Of a DNA stretch of 64,000 nucleotides, positions 35,876 through 44,873 are shown piece after piece. The notes under the pieces were generated by a model, which searched no databases, had not been told where the DNA came from, and worked only from the letters and a program-made list of their open reading frames with translations. Positions within the stretch are counted from its first letter, which is position 1, and the number at the start of each line of letters is the position of its first letter. Origin of the DNA: a candidate division TM6 bacterium GW2011_GWF2_38_10 (GTDB lineage: Bacteria > Babelota > Babeliae > Babelales > RVW-14); assembly GCA_000992305.1 (NCBI GenBank), contig LBTY01000007.1, positions 28,620-92,619 on the forward strand. The letters run 5' to 3'. A program made the position numbers and the translations under genes.

Positions 35876-36844
35876 ATGTTTTTTCAGTCTGTTTGCGCAA
35901 CAACTCGTTCATTGCTCAGTCAACTTGCACACCAAAAACCTACCATAATACTTGGTTTTTCGGGTGGCCCCGATTCCCTATTTTTATTGCATGTTCTTGA
36001 TGTTCTTAAAAATGAAGGAATTATTACGCTCGTCGCTGCGCACCTTGATCACCAATGGCGCCAAGAATCAGCAGCCGAAGCTCTATTTTGCAAAAAATAT
36101 TGTGCGCAAAAAAACATTGAATGCATCGTCCACACTGCTGACCAATACGCAGCAAACGTTCCTCATTCAACCTCTAAGGAAGCAACGGGACGCAATCTTA
36201 GGCGAGCATTTTTAACGACAATAAAAAACCACTATAGCGCCCAGGCTATTGCGCTTGCACATCATCGACAAGACCAATTTGAAACTTTTTTTGTTCGTAT
36301 TATCAGAGGGGCAAGCCTCAGCGGGCTCACCTGCATGAAACAGTATAATCCACCCTACCTGCGCCCCCTGCTTACGTACAATAAATCTGATATCCTCACG
36401 TATCTTGAACAACACGCTATTCCTTTTTGTTTGGACCCAACAAATAATCATGAAACTTTTTTACGAAATAGAATACGCCATAGCATTATACCAGCATGCA
36501 CAAACGCTGACGCACGATTTGAACAAAAGCTAGAAAGCACGATTCAACAACTTCAACAAGAAGATACTTTTTTACAACAACTCACCATAAAAAAATTAAC
36601 CGAATTATCACATACAAATCACGCAGGGCGCAGCGTAATCAATCTTTCGGGCTTTCAAAACACAGACCCTGTACTTCAACGACGCATGCTTCTTGACCTT
36701 CTTATTACACAGCAGCGACACTTTTTACCAAGCAGTGCAACCATTAATGAAATTATTCGATTTCTTATGGGAATCAAAGGCGGTCAACATTGCGTAACAC
36801 CGTGGATTATTAAAAAAAAATCAAACATTTTTTGGATTGAGTAG
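35876..36844 (+). CDS. tilS: tRNA(Ile)-lysidine synthase
   Basis: PP-loop GFSGGPDSLFLLHVL, also AAHLDHQWR and AHHRQDQFETFF. Confidence 0.88.
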   Translation: MFFQSVCATTRSLLSQLAHQKPTIILGFSGGPDSLFLLHVLDVLKNEGIITLVAAHLDHQWRQESAAEALFCKKYCAQKNIECIVHTADQYAANVPHSTSKEATGRNLRRAFLTTIKNHYSAQAIALAHHRQDQFETFFVRIIRGASLSGLTCMKQYNPPYLRPLLTYNKSDILTYLEQHAIPFCLDPTNNHETFLRNRIRHSIIPACTNADARFEQKLESTIQQLQQEDTFLQQLTIKKLTELSHTNHAGRSVINLSGFQNTDPVLQRRMLLDLLITQQRHFLPSSATINEIIRFLMGIKGGQHCVTPWIIKKKSNIFWIE

Positions 36845-36933
36845 AAAAAAATAAAAAATAGGGTAATCTAGAGACTCGCAACAAAATAACCTATACAAAT
36901 TATTAACATAAAAAAATGCAAAGGAGCCTTACA

Positions 36934-37182
36934 ATGGCATTTACAAAAGAAGATACCCAACAAAAAGTAATAGCAATTATCGCAAATAAATTAAGCACCC
37001 CTGCGGCCAACATAACCACTGAGTCAACCTTTAAAGATCTCGGCGCCGACTCTCTTGATATTGTTGAAATGATTATGAACTTTGAAGAAACATTTGGTAT
37101 TGAAATTAAAGATGAAGATGCTGAAAAAATAAAAACCGTCGCACAGGTTGTAGAGCTTATCCACGGCGCACGTACCAAATAA
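36934..37182 (+). CDS. acpP: acyl carrier protein
   Basis: [23 protein letters not shown] with the phosphopantetheine Ser. ATG 36934 is preceded by aaggag at 36921-36926; the track start 36916 is less likely. Confidence 0.92.
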   Translation: MAFTKEDTQQKVIAIIANKLSTPAANITTESTFKDLGADSLDIVEMIMNFEETFGIEIKDEDAEKIKTVAQVVELIHGARTK

Positions 37183-37208
37183 CAATCAATACAATACAAC
37201 GAGCTATA

Positions 37209-38459
37209 ATGAACACAAAACACCGCGTTGCAATTACCGGCATTGGCATGATAACCCCGCTTGGGAACAATGTTGCAACAAATTGGAACAATATTATTGC
37301 TGGCAAGTCAGGGATTTCAACCCTTGATGAATCAATCAACCTTGCAGGTTTTTCGCAACGAATCGCTGGCATTGTGCGCGGTGAACAAGCTCTCATAGAT
37401 GCTCTCATACCAGCAAAAAACCAACCCAAAGCCGATAGATTTATTCATCTTGCCATGGTTGCAGCCCAAGAAGCCTTACACAATGCTCATCTTGACCACC
37501 ATAATCCAATTGATCGCACACGTTTTGGATGTTATCTTGGCGTTGGCATGGGCGGGCTACCTAGCCTATCACAAGCAATTTTAGCGCTTCAAGAAGGTTA
37601 TCGAAAAATTTCACCTTTTACTATCCCTAAAGCACTCAGTAACGAGGCTTCCAGCTGGCTAAGTATGACCTGGGACTTGCAAGGCCCCAGTGCAGCTATT
37701 TCAACGGCATGCGCATCAAGCAGTGATGCCCTAGGACTTGCTATGCGAGCTATTCGTGATGGTTATTGCGACTACATGCTTGCTGGAGGAACCGAAAGTA
37801 GTCTTGCCCCAATCAGCATTGTTGCATTTGGTAACATGAAAGCGCTCTCCTCATGGACTGGTGCTCCTGAACAAGCAAGCCGACCATTTGATACACATCG
37901 ATCAGGATTTGTTATTGCTGAAGGTGCCGCAATGCTGCTCCTTGAACGTCTTGATCTTGCACAACAACGAGGTGCCACTATTTATGCAGAACTTGCAGGT
38001 TATGGTGCAACATCCGATGCCTACCACCTCACTGCAATGCACCCTGATGGTAAAGGTGCTCAAGCCGCCATCAACGCTTCCCTCAATGATGCTCAAGTTG
38101 CCCATCATTCCGTTGAATACATTAATGCACACGGAACAGCAACCATTATGAATGACATCCTAGAATCACAAACAATAGAAAAAACGTTTGGATCTCACGC
38201 AAACTCAATTGCTATCAGCAGCACAAAATCAATGACCGGACACATGCTCGGTGCTGCCGGCGCCGCTGAAGCCGCCTACACCGCATTGGCAATTCATCAT
38301 GGCATAATCCCTCCAACCATTAATTTAACCAATCAAGATCCATTATGCACCCTTGATTATGTTCCACAAACAGCACGTACAAAAAAGATAACCGTTGCCC
38401 AATCGAATTCTTTTGGATTTGGGGGGCACAACGCCGTTCTTACCTTAAAAAAAATATAA
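37209..38459 (+). CDS. fabF: 3-oxoacyl-ACP synthase II
   Basis: 416 aa. Active-site context AISTACASS, also INAHGTAT and SNSFGFGGHNA. Confidence 0.93.
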   Translation: MNTKHRVAITGIGMITPLGNNVATNWNNIIAGKSGISTLDESINLAGFSQRIAGIVRGEQALIDALIPAKNQPKADRFIHLAMVAAQEALHNAHLDHHNPIDRTRFGCYLGVGMGGLPSLSQAILALQEGYRKISPFTIPKALSNEASSWLSMTWDLQGPSAAISTACASSSDALGLAMRAIRDGYCDYMLAGGTESSLAPISIVAFGNMKALSSWTGAPEQASRPFDTHRSGFVIAEGAAMLLLERLDLAQQRGATIYAELAGYGATSDAYHLTAMHPDGKGAQAAINASLNDAQVAHHSVEYINAHGTATIMNDILESQTIEKTFGSHANSIAISSTKSMTGHMLGAAGAAEAAYTALAIHHGIIPPTINLTNQDPLCTLDYVPQTARTKKITVAQSNSFGFGGHNAVLTLKKI

Positions 38460-38502
38460 AAAAATATCCCATTTATTTTTAAAATTGCTATCCTAGAACA
38501 AC

Positions 38503-38530
38503 ATGCGGATGGTCCGCATTGCTGTTTTTA
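38503..38530 (+). terminator. probable terminator after fabF
   Basis: Stem atgcgga (38503-38509) with tccgcat (38513-38519), 3-nt loop. The T5 run begins 5 nt after the stem. Confidence 0.45.
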
Positions 38531-38560
38531 TTAACCTAAATTGGTTAAAGGAGTTACGCG

Positions 38561-39544
38561 ATGAAAAAAATAATTATTTCTTTTTCCTATATAGCATTTA
38601 CACTCTTTTTTGCAGGATCATGCGCTACACCAGATGTACTTGAACAACAACGCAAAACCTTACAACAAAGCCGCCAAAAAACATCAGTAAAAAAAACAAC
38701 ATCCACCACAAAAAAAAAGGCAAAAACTCCAAAGCGTTCGCGTATTGCAGAAATAGCACAGTTTAATGCTAATGGTGACATAAAATCATTTACTGAGGCA
38801 GCAGACCGCTTTGTTGCATATCTTAAAGAACAAAAATCGTCAATAGATCTACGAAAACAACTTCAGTTAAATCGAAGCCTCTTGCGCTTCACTAAGGCTC
38901 TTGGAAAACCAAAATTTGCAACTAAAGATCACATTTCTGCCGTAAACACAGTCATAAAAACTATAAAAACCCAAAAAGATATCTTTACACTTCCAAGTCT
39001 TGCAAAAAGTATTGAACGTCAAATAAGCGAATTTGAAAAAAACACCATAAACGAAGAAGCTTTTGAACTCTATAAAAAGGAACAAGAAACTCGCATCGAA
39101 AAAGCTCAGACCAGAAAAACACAACGCAAAATAAAAAAAGAATCACAAACAAAAAAGAAAACTGCCCGCACATCTAAAAAGGGAACAAAAACAAGTAAAA
39201 AGGCTACTCGAAAATCTAAAAAATCACCAGCTAAAAAAGTAAAAACCACCACCACCAGCAAAAAAGAAAAAGTAGAACCAAAGAAAAAAACTACAGCTAA
39301 AAAATCTCAAACAAAAACCTCTGGCAAAACTAAAAAGAGTAAAAAATCTCAAAAAAAATCTAAACCTGTAACAGCACAAAAAAAACAAGAGGAAAAAACC
39401 AAGAAACTCACTCCACAACAAGAAGAAAAAGAAGTAAAGCCATCAACCGAATCAGAAGAAATTACACCTGAAGCTGCTCCTTTAGCAATTGAATCAGATG
39501 AAGAAAGTCCAATTGCCACCGAAGAAGAAATGGCAACTAAATAA
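38561..39544 (+). CDS. lipoprotein with a long lysine-rich, histone-H1-tail-like C-terminal region
   Basis: 327 aa. Lipobox LFFAGS|C. The region from about residue 180 is K/T/S/A-rich (TSKKGTKTSKKATRKSKKSPAKKVKTTTTSKKEKVEPKKKTTAKKSQTK...), followed by an acidic tail. Confidence 0.65.
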   Translation: MKKIIISFSYIAFTLFFAGSCATPDVLEQQRKTLQQSRQKTSVKKTTSTTKKKAKTPKRSRIAEIAQFNANGDIKSFTEAADRFVAYLKEQKSSIDLRKQLQLNRSLLRFTKALGKPKFATKDHISAVNTVIKTIKTQKDIFTLPSLAKSIERQISEFEKNTINEEAFELYKKEQETRIEKAQTRKTQRKIKKESQTKKKTARTSKKGTKTSKKATRKSKKSPAKKVKTTTTSKKEKVEPKKKTTAKKSQTKTSGKTKKSKKSQKKSKPVTAQKKQEEKTKKLTPQQEEKEVKPSTESEEITPEAAPLAIESDEESPIATEEEMATK

Positions 39545-39554
39545 ATTACGCACC

Positions 39555-39582
39555 CATACGGGAGCATGTATGCTCCCGTATG
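39555..39582. terminator. hairpin between convergent genes (possible bidirectional terminator)
   Basis: Near-perfect palindrome catacgggagcat-gt-atgctcccgtatg. There is no strong T-run on either side. Confidence 0.45.
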
Positions 39583-39593
39583 TCATTTATAAA

Positions 39594-41723
39594 TCAAACA
39601 CCCATATCATCAAAAAAAGCTTCAACACTCGCCGGACGCTTTAAAACATTTTTTAAAATAAGGTCAGGCGCCACACTTCCGCCTTTTCCTAAAAATTCAT
39701 TGCGTATGCACGCACCAACCTCAGGATCAAACAATCCTCGTTCTTTAACCGCATAGAAAACATCAAGCGCATAAACCTTTGCCCATAAATAATTATAATA
39801 TTTTGATGCGTATAAATCGCTTGCTAAATGACCAAAACTTGCAAAAAATCTATTTTCTTTATCCGCCTTAATAAAAGGCATATACGTCCGAGCAATCTCA
39901 TCCCACAACTGGCATGGATGGCTCTTTTTTTCATGTAATGTTAAAGCATACATTGACAACCCAAGCTGACGCAAAATAAAGGTGCCAGAATCAAAATGTT
40001 TTATTGCTCGAATCTTTTTGATCATATCAGGATTAAGGGGTTGTTTAGTTTTATAATGACAACTTACTTGCTGTAAAATCGTTTCATCATACATCCATTC
40101 CTCAAACATTTGCGACGGAGTTTCAACAAAATCACTCTTCACATTTGTACCAGCAAATGCCGAAAATCTCGTAGCCCCTAAAATATAATGCATAGCGTGT
40201 CCAAACTCATGGAAGAATGTTACAACATCATCAAACTTTAAAAGTGCAGGCCGTTCAGCCGTTGGCTGAGGAAAATTAGCAATAATTAATGCCGCCGCAA
40301 CACTTGCCTTGCCACTTGTTTTATCAAGAAGACTTGGAAGTAACCCAGCCATGCAAGCATGTGTATATTTATTATCTCGAGGATACAAATCAACAAATAA
40401 ATAGCCTATTAATTCCTTTGTTTTTGCATCGGCAATCGTAATAAGATCAACTGACTCATGCCAAGCCCAAACAGGCTTTACCATGTTAAATGAAAGACCT
40501 AAAAATGATTGGTAAACATTAAAAACACCTTCTAATGTTGTTGCAACAGGAAAATACTCAGCAAGCTCATGCTCATCAACTGACAAGTATTTTTTCTTAA
40601 AATAATTTTTTACAAACCCAAAAGACCATGGATCAAATGCTGTGCCATTAAATCCAACACCAACAGGCAAATCTTGTGACCATGTTTCAATTTCTTTTTG
40701 AGCCTTACCAAACACGCGCTGCTCAATTTCCCGTAAAAATTCATGTACTCGAGCAGGAGTTTTTGCCATCGTATCGTCAATTTGAAACTGAGCATAACTT
40801 TCAAAACCTAATAACGTTGCAACTTTTTGTCGTTTTTCAAGCAATTCTACAAGCACCCGTTCATTTGCAGGATATGCCCTTTTATTATACAATTCGTACA
40901 TTTTTTTTCGCGTATCCGCCACGCTACAATGCTCCATAATTTCTAAATACGAAGGGGTATTGCACCGAATTATATAAGCACCCTGAGCATCACGCTCACA
41001 CGACTCTATAAAGGGCACACTAACACCATCAAGCTCTTTTTTAGCTACCGCAAAAAAAGAATTATCTTGCGCAATCGCCGATTCAAAAGAAATACTCAGT
41101 GCAGCCATATCTTTTTTTAATTGTATAACTTCATCTAATAAATCCTGTGACAAATGAAGACCCTCACGTGTAAATTCACGCATAGTTTCATCAAGTAACA
41201 ACTGCTCTTCGGGCTGATGCTGCAATTTCAACACCTCAGAACGTGCTTGATATTCTTTGCATGCTTGATACAAACGCTTTTCGTGAAAAGCATCAACAAG
41301 AAATCGTTGCATCGTTAAAAAAGCTTCCTGACAAGCGTTTCTCATAGCCTGATCCGGATGAATCATTTCAAGAACAGACATTGCTTCAGCAATAACACAC
41401 AAACGATGACGAATCGTATCAAGTGCACCAATAGTATTATTAAAAGTACGCTTATCATCCGAGCACGCCAAAACATCATTCAAGGCCTGCCGTGCCCTTT
41501 GAATAGCTCCTGCCGCGTAGTCGTTAACCTGTTGCACGGTATGAGGAAATAATGCAACCACATCTGCAGCACCCAATGCTACTCCACGACCATGTTCTTC
41601 TATTATTTTTTCAATATCCATATATGCATCCTTTTGATAATAATAACTACATCCCCCACAAAAAATACTACACCATACAACAACACAACTTAAAACCATT
41701 TCATACTTGACTCTCACCAGCAC
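39594..41723 (-). CDS. M3 family oligopeptidase (thimet oligopeptidase / Dcp / oligopeptidase A family), probably lipoprotein-anchored
   Basis: 709 aa. Zinc motif FFHEFGHAMH with a downstream ETPSQMFE. The N-terminus is VVVWCSIFCGG|CS. The start may be the internal Met at 41699. Confidence 0.88.
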   Translation of the reverse strand: MLVRVKYEMVLSCVVVWCSIFCGGCSYYYQKDAYMDIEKIIEEHGRGVALGAADVVALFPHTVQQVNDYAAGAIQRARQALNDVLACSDDKRTFNNTIGALDTIRHRLCVIAEAMSVLEMIHPDQAMRNACQEAFLTMQRFLVDAFHEKRLYQACKEYQARSEVLKLQHQPEEQLLLDETMREFTREGLHLSQDLLDEVIQLKKDMAALSISFESAIAQDNSFFAVAKKELDGVSVPFIESCERDAQGAYIIRCNTPSYLEIMEHCSVADTRKKMYELYNKRAYPANERVLVELLEKRQKVATLLGFESYAQFQIDDTMAKTPARVHEFLREIEQRVFGKAQKEIETWSQDLPVGVGFNGTAFDPWSFGFVKNYFKKKYLSVDEHELAEYFPVATTLEGVFNVYQSFLGLSFNMVKPVWAWHESVDLITIADAKTKELIGYLFVDLYPRDNKYTHACMAGLLPSLLDKTSGKASVAAALIIANFPQPTAERPALLKFDDVVTFFHEFGHAMHYILGATRFSAFAGTNVKSDFVETPSQMFEEWMYDETILQQVSCHYKTKQPLNPDMIKKIRAIKHFDSGTFILRQLGLSMYALTLHEKKSHPCQLWDEIARTYMPFIKADKENRFFASFGHLASDLYASKYYNYLWAKVYALDVFYAVKERGLFDPEVGACIRNEFLGKGGSVAPDLILKNVLKRPASVEAFFDDMGV

Positions 41724-41779
41724 TCCTTCGTTTTATACAACCATACAAAACCAAACCCAATGTCCTTACACCATAATCA

Positions 41780-41817
41780 AAAAAGCCAAAACTGTATACG
41801 AACAATTTTGGCTTTTT
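41780..41817 (-). terminator. probable terminator downstream of the 41838 gene
   Basis: Stem gccaaaa (41785-41791) with ttttggc (41806-41812), 14-nt loop, flanked by an A-run and a T-run. Confidence 0.45.
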
Positions 41818-41837
41818 AAAAAAGGTATGAATATGCG

Positions 41838-42383
41838 CTAAGGTAATAAAAATTTTCGTCTAATGTGGTCAATAAGATTGTCTTTTGTAACGTACCCCTG
41901 CACCATCAAAACCGGGTCATGTAAGGGTGCATATAATTGACCATCTTTAAAGAACATAAACAATGGTAACGCCACCGAGTCAACACGACTTAACGTCATT
42001 AACTGCACAAACAACTGATTGTGTGTAATAATATCAATTGCAGCACATGCAATATGTGGATACAACGCCTTGGCAACCTCCTGAAATATCGGTAGAACCT
42101 TTATACAGTCAATACTTTGTGGCGCATATAATTTAACCACAACTGGCCGCTGAAACGATTGCGCTATAACCATCTTGTCAAAATGACGTTGAGCCTCAAT
42201 AATAAAAACCTTTGAAGGATCTTTTGAGCCAACTAACGGCTCATAAGCTGGAACATCCTTATGCTTCTTTTCTTGCACAAGATGATTAACATAAGTGTAA
42301 AAAAAACCTTGTTCTTTTTTTATATGAGCATCGAGAGGTATTACCATACAAACAACAGCAACCCCCATTAAAAACATCCTCAT
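41838..42383 (-). CDS. exported thioredoxin-fold-like protein lacking a CxxC active site (tentative)
   Basis: Signal MRMFLMGVAVVCMVIPLDA (start ATG 42383; the track ORF extends to 42410). VVVKLYAPQSIDCIKVLPIFQEVA...PLFMFFKDGQL mimics the Trx layout, but WCGPC is replaced by PQSIDC. Confidence 0.45.
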   Translation of the reverse strand: MRMFLMGVAVVCMVIPLDAHIKKEQGFFYTYVNHLVQEKKHKDVPAYEPLVGSKDPSKVFIIEAQRHFDKMVIAQSFQRPVVVKLYAPQSIDCIKVLPIFQEVAKALYPHIACAAIDIITHNQLFVQLMTLSRVDSVALPLFMFFKDGQLYAPLHDPVLMVQGYVTKDNLIDHIRRKFLLP

Positions 42384-42472
42384 GTCCCCCCCCAGGTTTT
42401 GCGGATGCATCAGTTATATTTTCTAAAATAATCATACCGAATAATAAATCAACAAGGCAATAAAACAAAAAA

Positions 42473-43186
42473 CTATGTTGTAATGTTACTTCCCTGAGGC
42501 TTTTTCTCTATATCAGCAACCCCCATCCCCAACTGGGATGCCGCCAGAGAAACCCCTTTGTGATCAGGAGCTAAATACAATGCCGCCTGAGCCGACTGCT
42601 TGGCAAGATACGTATCCCCATGATCTTTTGCCAACAACATTAAGTAATAATGAGCATCAACATAATCGGGAGCCAACGCCAACGCTTTTAAAAATGATTC
42701 TTTTGCTTTTGGATAATCATCTTTAAGAGCAAAAATACGACCTTGATTAACAAACGCTAATTCTGGCGTGGGATAATACTCATCATGCCCCAGCTCTTGC
42801 CACATCTGCAATGCTCGATCAACCTTCCCCATCTGTGCTAATAAACACGCATAATTATTTAAAATTTCGCCACGAAGCGCCCCTGAATCAACTTTTTGTA
42901 AAGCCTGCTCAAATAAGCGCTCACTTAACGTAAATTGTTGCATTTTAAACAAAACGGTTGCCTTAAACGCCTTATATTCTGCACGATCATCAAGTTCGAT
43001 GGCCTTGTCAATGGCCTCAAGTGATCGCCGATATGCCACCGCTTCCTCCTCAGGAACACTCATTGCCAAAGCAGCATGCGCCACACTTTGCTGGTGATAC
43101 ATTTGTGCAAGTTTCTGCGGGCGCCGCTTTGAACACCCACACGACAAAGCCATTGCCGCGCAACACAAAATAATAATCGATTTCAT
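42473..43186 (-). CDS. TPR-repeat lipoprotein, PilW/PilF-like
   Basis: 237 aa. Lipobox AMALS|CGC. TPR repeats with NNYACLLAQMGKVDRALQMW...YYPTPELAFVNQGRIF...AKESFLKALALAPDY resemble the type IV pilus biogenesis/stability TPR lipoprotein family. Confidence 0.6.
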   Translation of the reverse strand: MKSIIILCCAAMALSCGCSKRRPQKLAQMYHQQSVAHAALAMSVPEEEAVAYRRSLEAIDKAIELDDRAEYKAFKATVLFKMQQFTLSERLFEQALQKVDSGALRGEILNNYACLLAQMGKVDRALQMWQELGHDEYYPTPELAFVNQGRIFALKDDYPKAKESFLKALALAPDYVDAHYYLMLLAKDHGDTYLAKQSAQAALYLAPDHKGVSLAASQLGMGVADIEKKPQGSNITT

Positions 43187-43214
43187 ACGTTCTCCAATTT
43201 TTTATTTTTTCTTA

Positions 43215-43243
43215 TTCACCCGCGCCCCAACAATTGCTATACT
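43215..43243 (+). promoter_or_regulatory. candidate dnaA promoter (extended -10)
   Basis: TTCACC (43215-43220), 17-nt spacer, TATACT (43238-43243) preceded by TGc. Confidence 0.4.
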
Positions 43244-43308
43244 GTACAACACCTTGAAAAAAGATACCGAATTAAAAAACAGCTTGTAAATGTTTTACTA
43301 TTATTACA

Positions 43309-43317
43309 TGAGGATAA
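43309..43317 (+). promoter_or_regulatory. DnaA-box-like 9-mer overlapping the dnaA ribosome-binding site
   Basis: TGAGGATAA has one mismatch to TGTGGATAA (complement of TTATCCACA) and ends 3 nt before GTG 43321. Confidence 0.3.
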
Positions 43318-43320
43318 ACA

Positions 43321-44766
43321 GTGCTCATCGCGTGGGAAGAATTTTTAAAAATCATAAAAGAAGAAGCCGGTGCTCAGGTTGTTGAAACCTGGTTTAAGGC
43401 AGTTATTCTTCATGATTGGAATTCTGCAACACAAACAGCAATCTTACAAGCACCAAACCAATTTGTTATCTCATGGATACAGGAACACTATCTTGAACTT
43501 TTAAAAAAACACCTAAGCAGACTGTTAAATGCCCACGCTATCAAAATTTATTTTATTAATACCCCTACACAACAAGATCTTGTTCCAAAAACATTTATTC
43601 CTGCCTCAAGCATCAATCACGTTATTCCGCTAACCCAATCTCCCGCGCCAATCAAGGAACACAACCCTCCCCAAACAACGCTGCCCGTTAAAAGTGGATA
43701 TGGTTACATAACACCATCATCAAAAAAACACAAACCTAAAGAAGAATCTCAACTCAATCAACTCTACACATTTGACACATTTATTGTAGGTCCCAGTAAT
43801 TCGCTTGCCCACGCCGCTGCCAGCGCAGTAAGCAAAAACCTTGGCAAATCATATAATCCATTATTTATTTACGGTGGAACAGGGCTTGGCAAAACACATC
43901 TTATGCATGCAATTGGCAATGAAGTCAAAAAAAATCATCCTGACCTTATTATTAAATATGAAACTTCTGACCATTTTATCAATGAATTTATCAATTGCAT
44001 ACGTTTTGATAAAAATGAGCAATTTCGCAATAAATACCAAAAAGTTGATCTTTTACTCCTTGATGATATTCAATTTTTATCAAACAAAGAACAAACACAA
44101 GAAACGTTTTTTCATATTTTTAATACTTTATATGAAAAACAAAAACAAATTATTCTTTCAAGTGATACGTTTCCTAAAGAAATTACCGGATTACAAAGCA
44201 GGCTTAAATCTCGCATGGAGTGGGGCCTGGTTGCCGACATACAACTTCCAGATCTTGAAACAAAAATTGCCATTTTGGATAAAAAAGCACATATGACGTC
44301 CATAAACCTTCCCAATGACGTTGCTCATTTTATCGCATCTCGAGTTATTTCAAACATCCGCGAATTAGAAGGGGCCCTCATTCGTATAGGTGCCTTTTCA
44401 TCACTCACCAACCAACCCATCACTCTTGAAATGGCCCGCCGTGTTTTACTTAATCTCAATGAAAAAAAGAAAGAGGCAATCCCTCTAGAAAATGTTCTTA
44501 AAGTTGTTGCAAAACATTACAATGTTTCGGTAAATGACCTACGCTCAAAAAAACGTCAAAAAGACATCGCTCAAGTACGCCAAGTTGCATGCTTTTTAAT
44601 GAAAAAACTCACCAGCAGCTCCCTACAATCAATTGGAAGCTTTATAGGCGGGCGTGATCATTCAACCGTTACACACGCTATTACCAAAATAGAATCACTC
44701 CATAAAGCTGATATGGTATTCGCTCAAAAAATAAAAATGATCGAGCAAGAAATTTTAGTAAATTAG
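43321..44766 (+). CDS. dnaA: chromosomal replication initiator protein DnaA (GTG start)
   Basis: 481 aa. Walker A GGTGLGKTHLMHAIGN, Walker B LLLLDDIQFL, NIRELEGAL, and a C-terminal DNA-binding HTH IAQVRQVACFLMKKLT...GGRDHSTVTHA. Confidence 0.95.
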   Translation: MLIAWEEFLKIIKEEAGAQVVETWFKAVILHDWNSATQTAILQAPNQFVISWIQEHYLELLKKHLSRLLNAHAIKIYFINTPTQQDLVPKTFIPASSINHVIPLTQSPAPIKEHNPPQTTLPVKSGYGYITPSSKKHKPKEESQLNQLYTFDTFIVGPSNSLAHAAASAVSKNLGKSYNPLFIYGGTGLGKTHLMHAIGNEVKKNHPDLIIKYETSDHFINEFINCIRFDKNEQFRNKYQKVDLLLLDDIQFLSNKEQTQETFFHIFNTLYEKQKQIILSSDTFPKEITGLQSRLKSRMEWGLVADIQLPDLETKIAILDKKAHMTSINLPNDVAHFIASRVISNIRELEGALIRIGAFSSLTNQPITLEMARRVLLNLNEKKKEAIPLENVLKVVAKHYNVSVNDLRSKKRQKDIAQVRQVACFLMKKLTSSSLQSIGSFIGGRDHSTVTHAITKIESLHKADMVFAQKIKMIEQEILVN

Positions 44767-44873
44767 TTGGTACAACACAACATCCTGCACTTATTAAAAA
44801 AAATATTCATACATTCTTATAATTTTTGTTATCTTTGATCAAATTAGTACCGCCATTTCAAGGAGAGCTTATT

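Noticed and set aside
38690-39420. Highly repetitive A-rich DNA that might suggest a repeat array or CRISPR-like structure
   Set aside because: There are no regularly spaced identical repeats. The periodicity is just AAA/AAG lysine codons within one long ORF.
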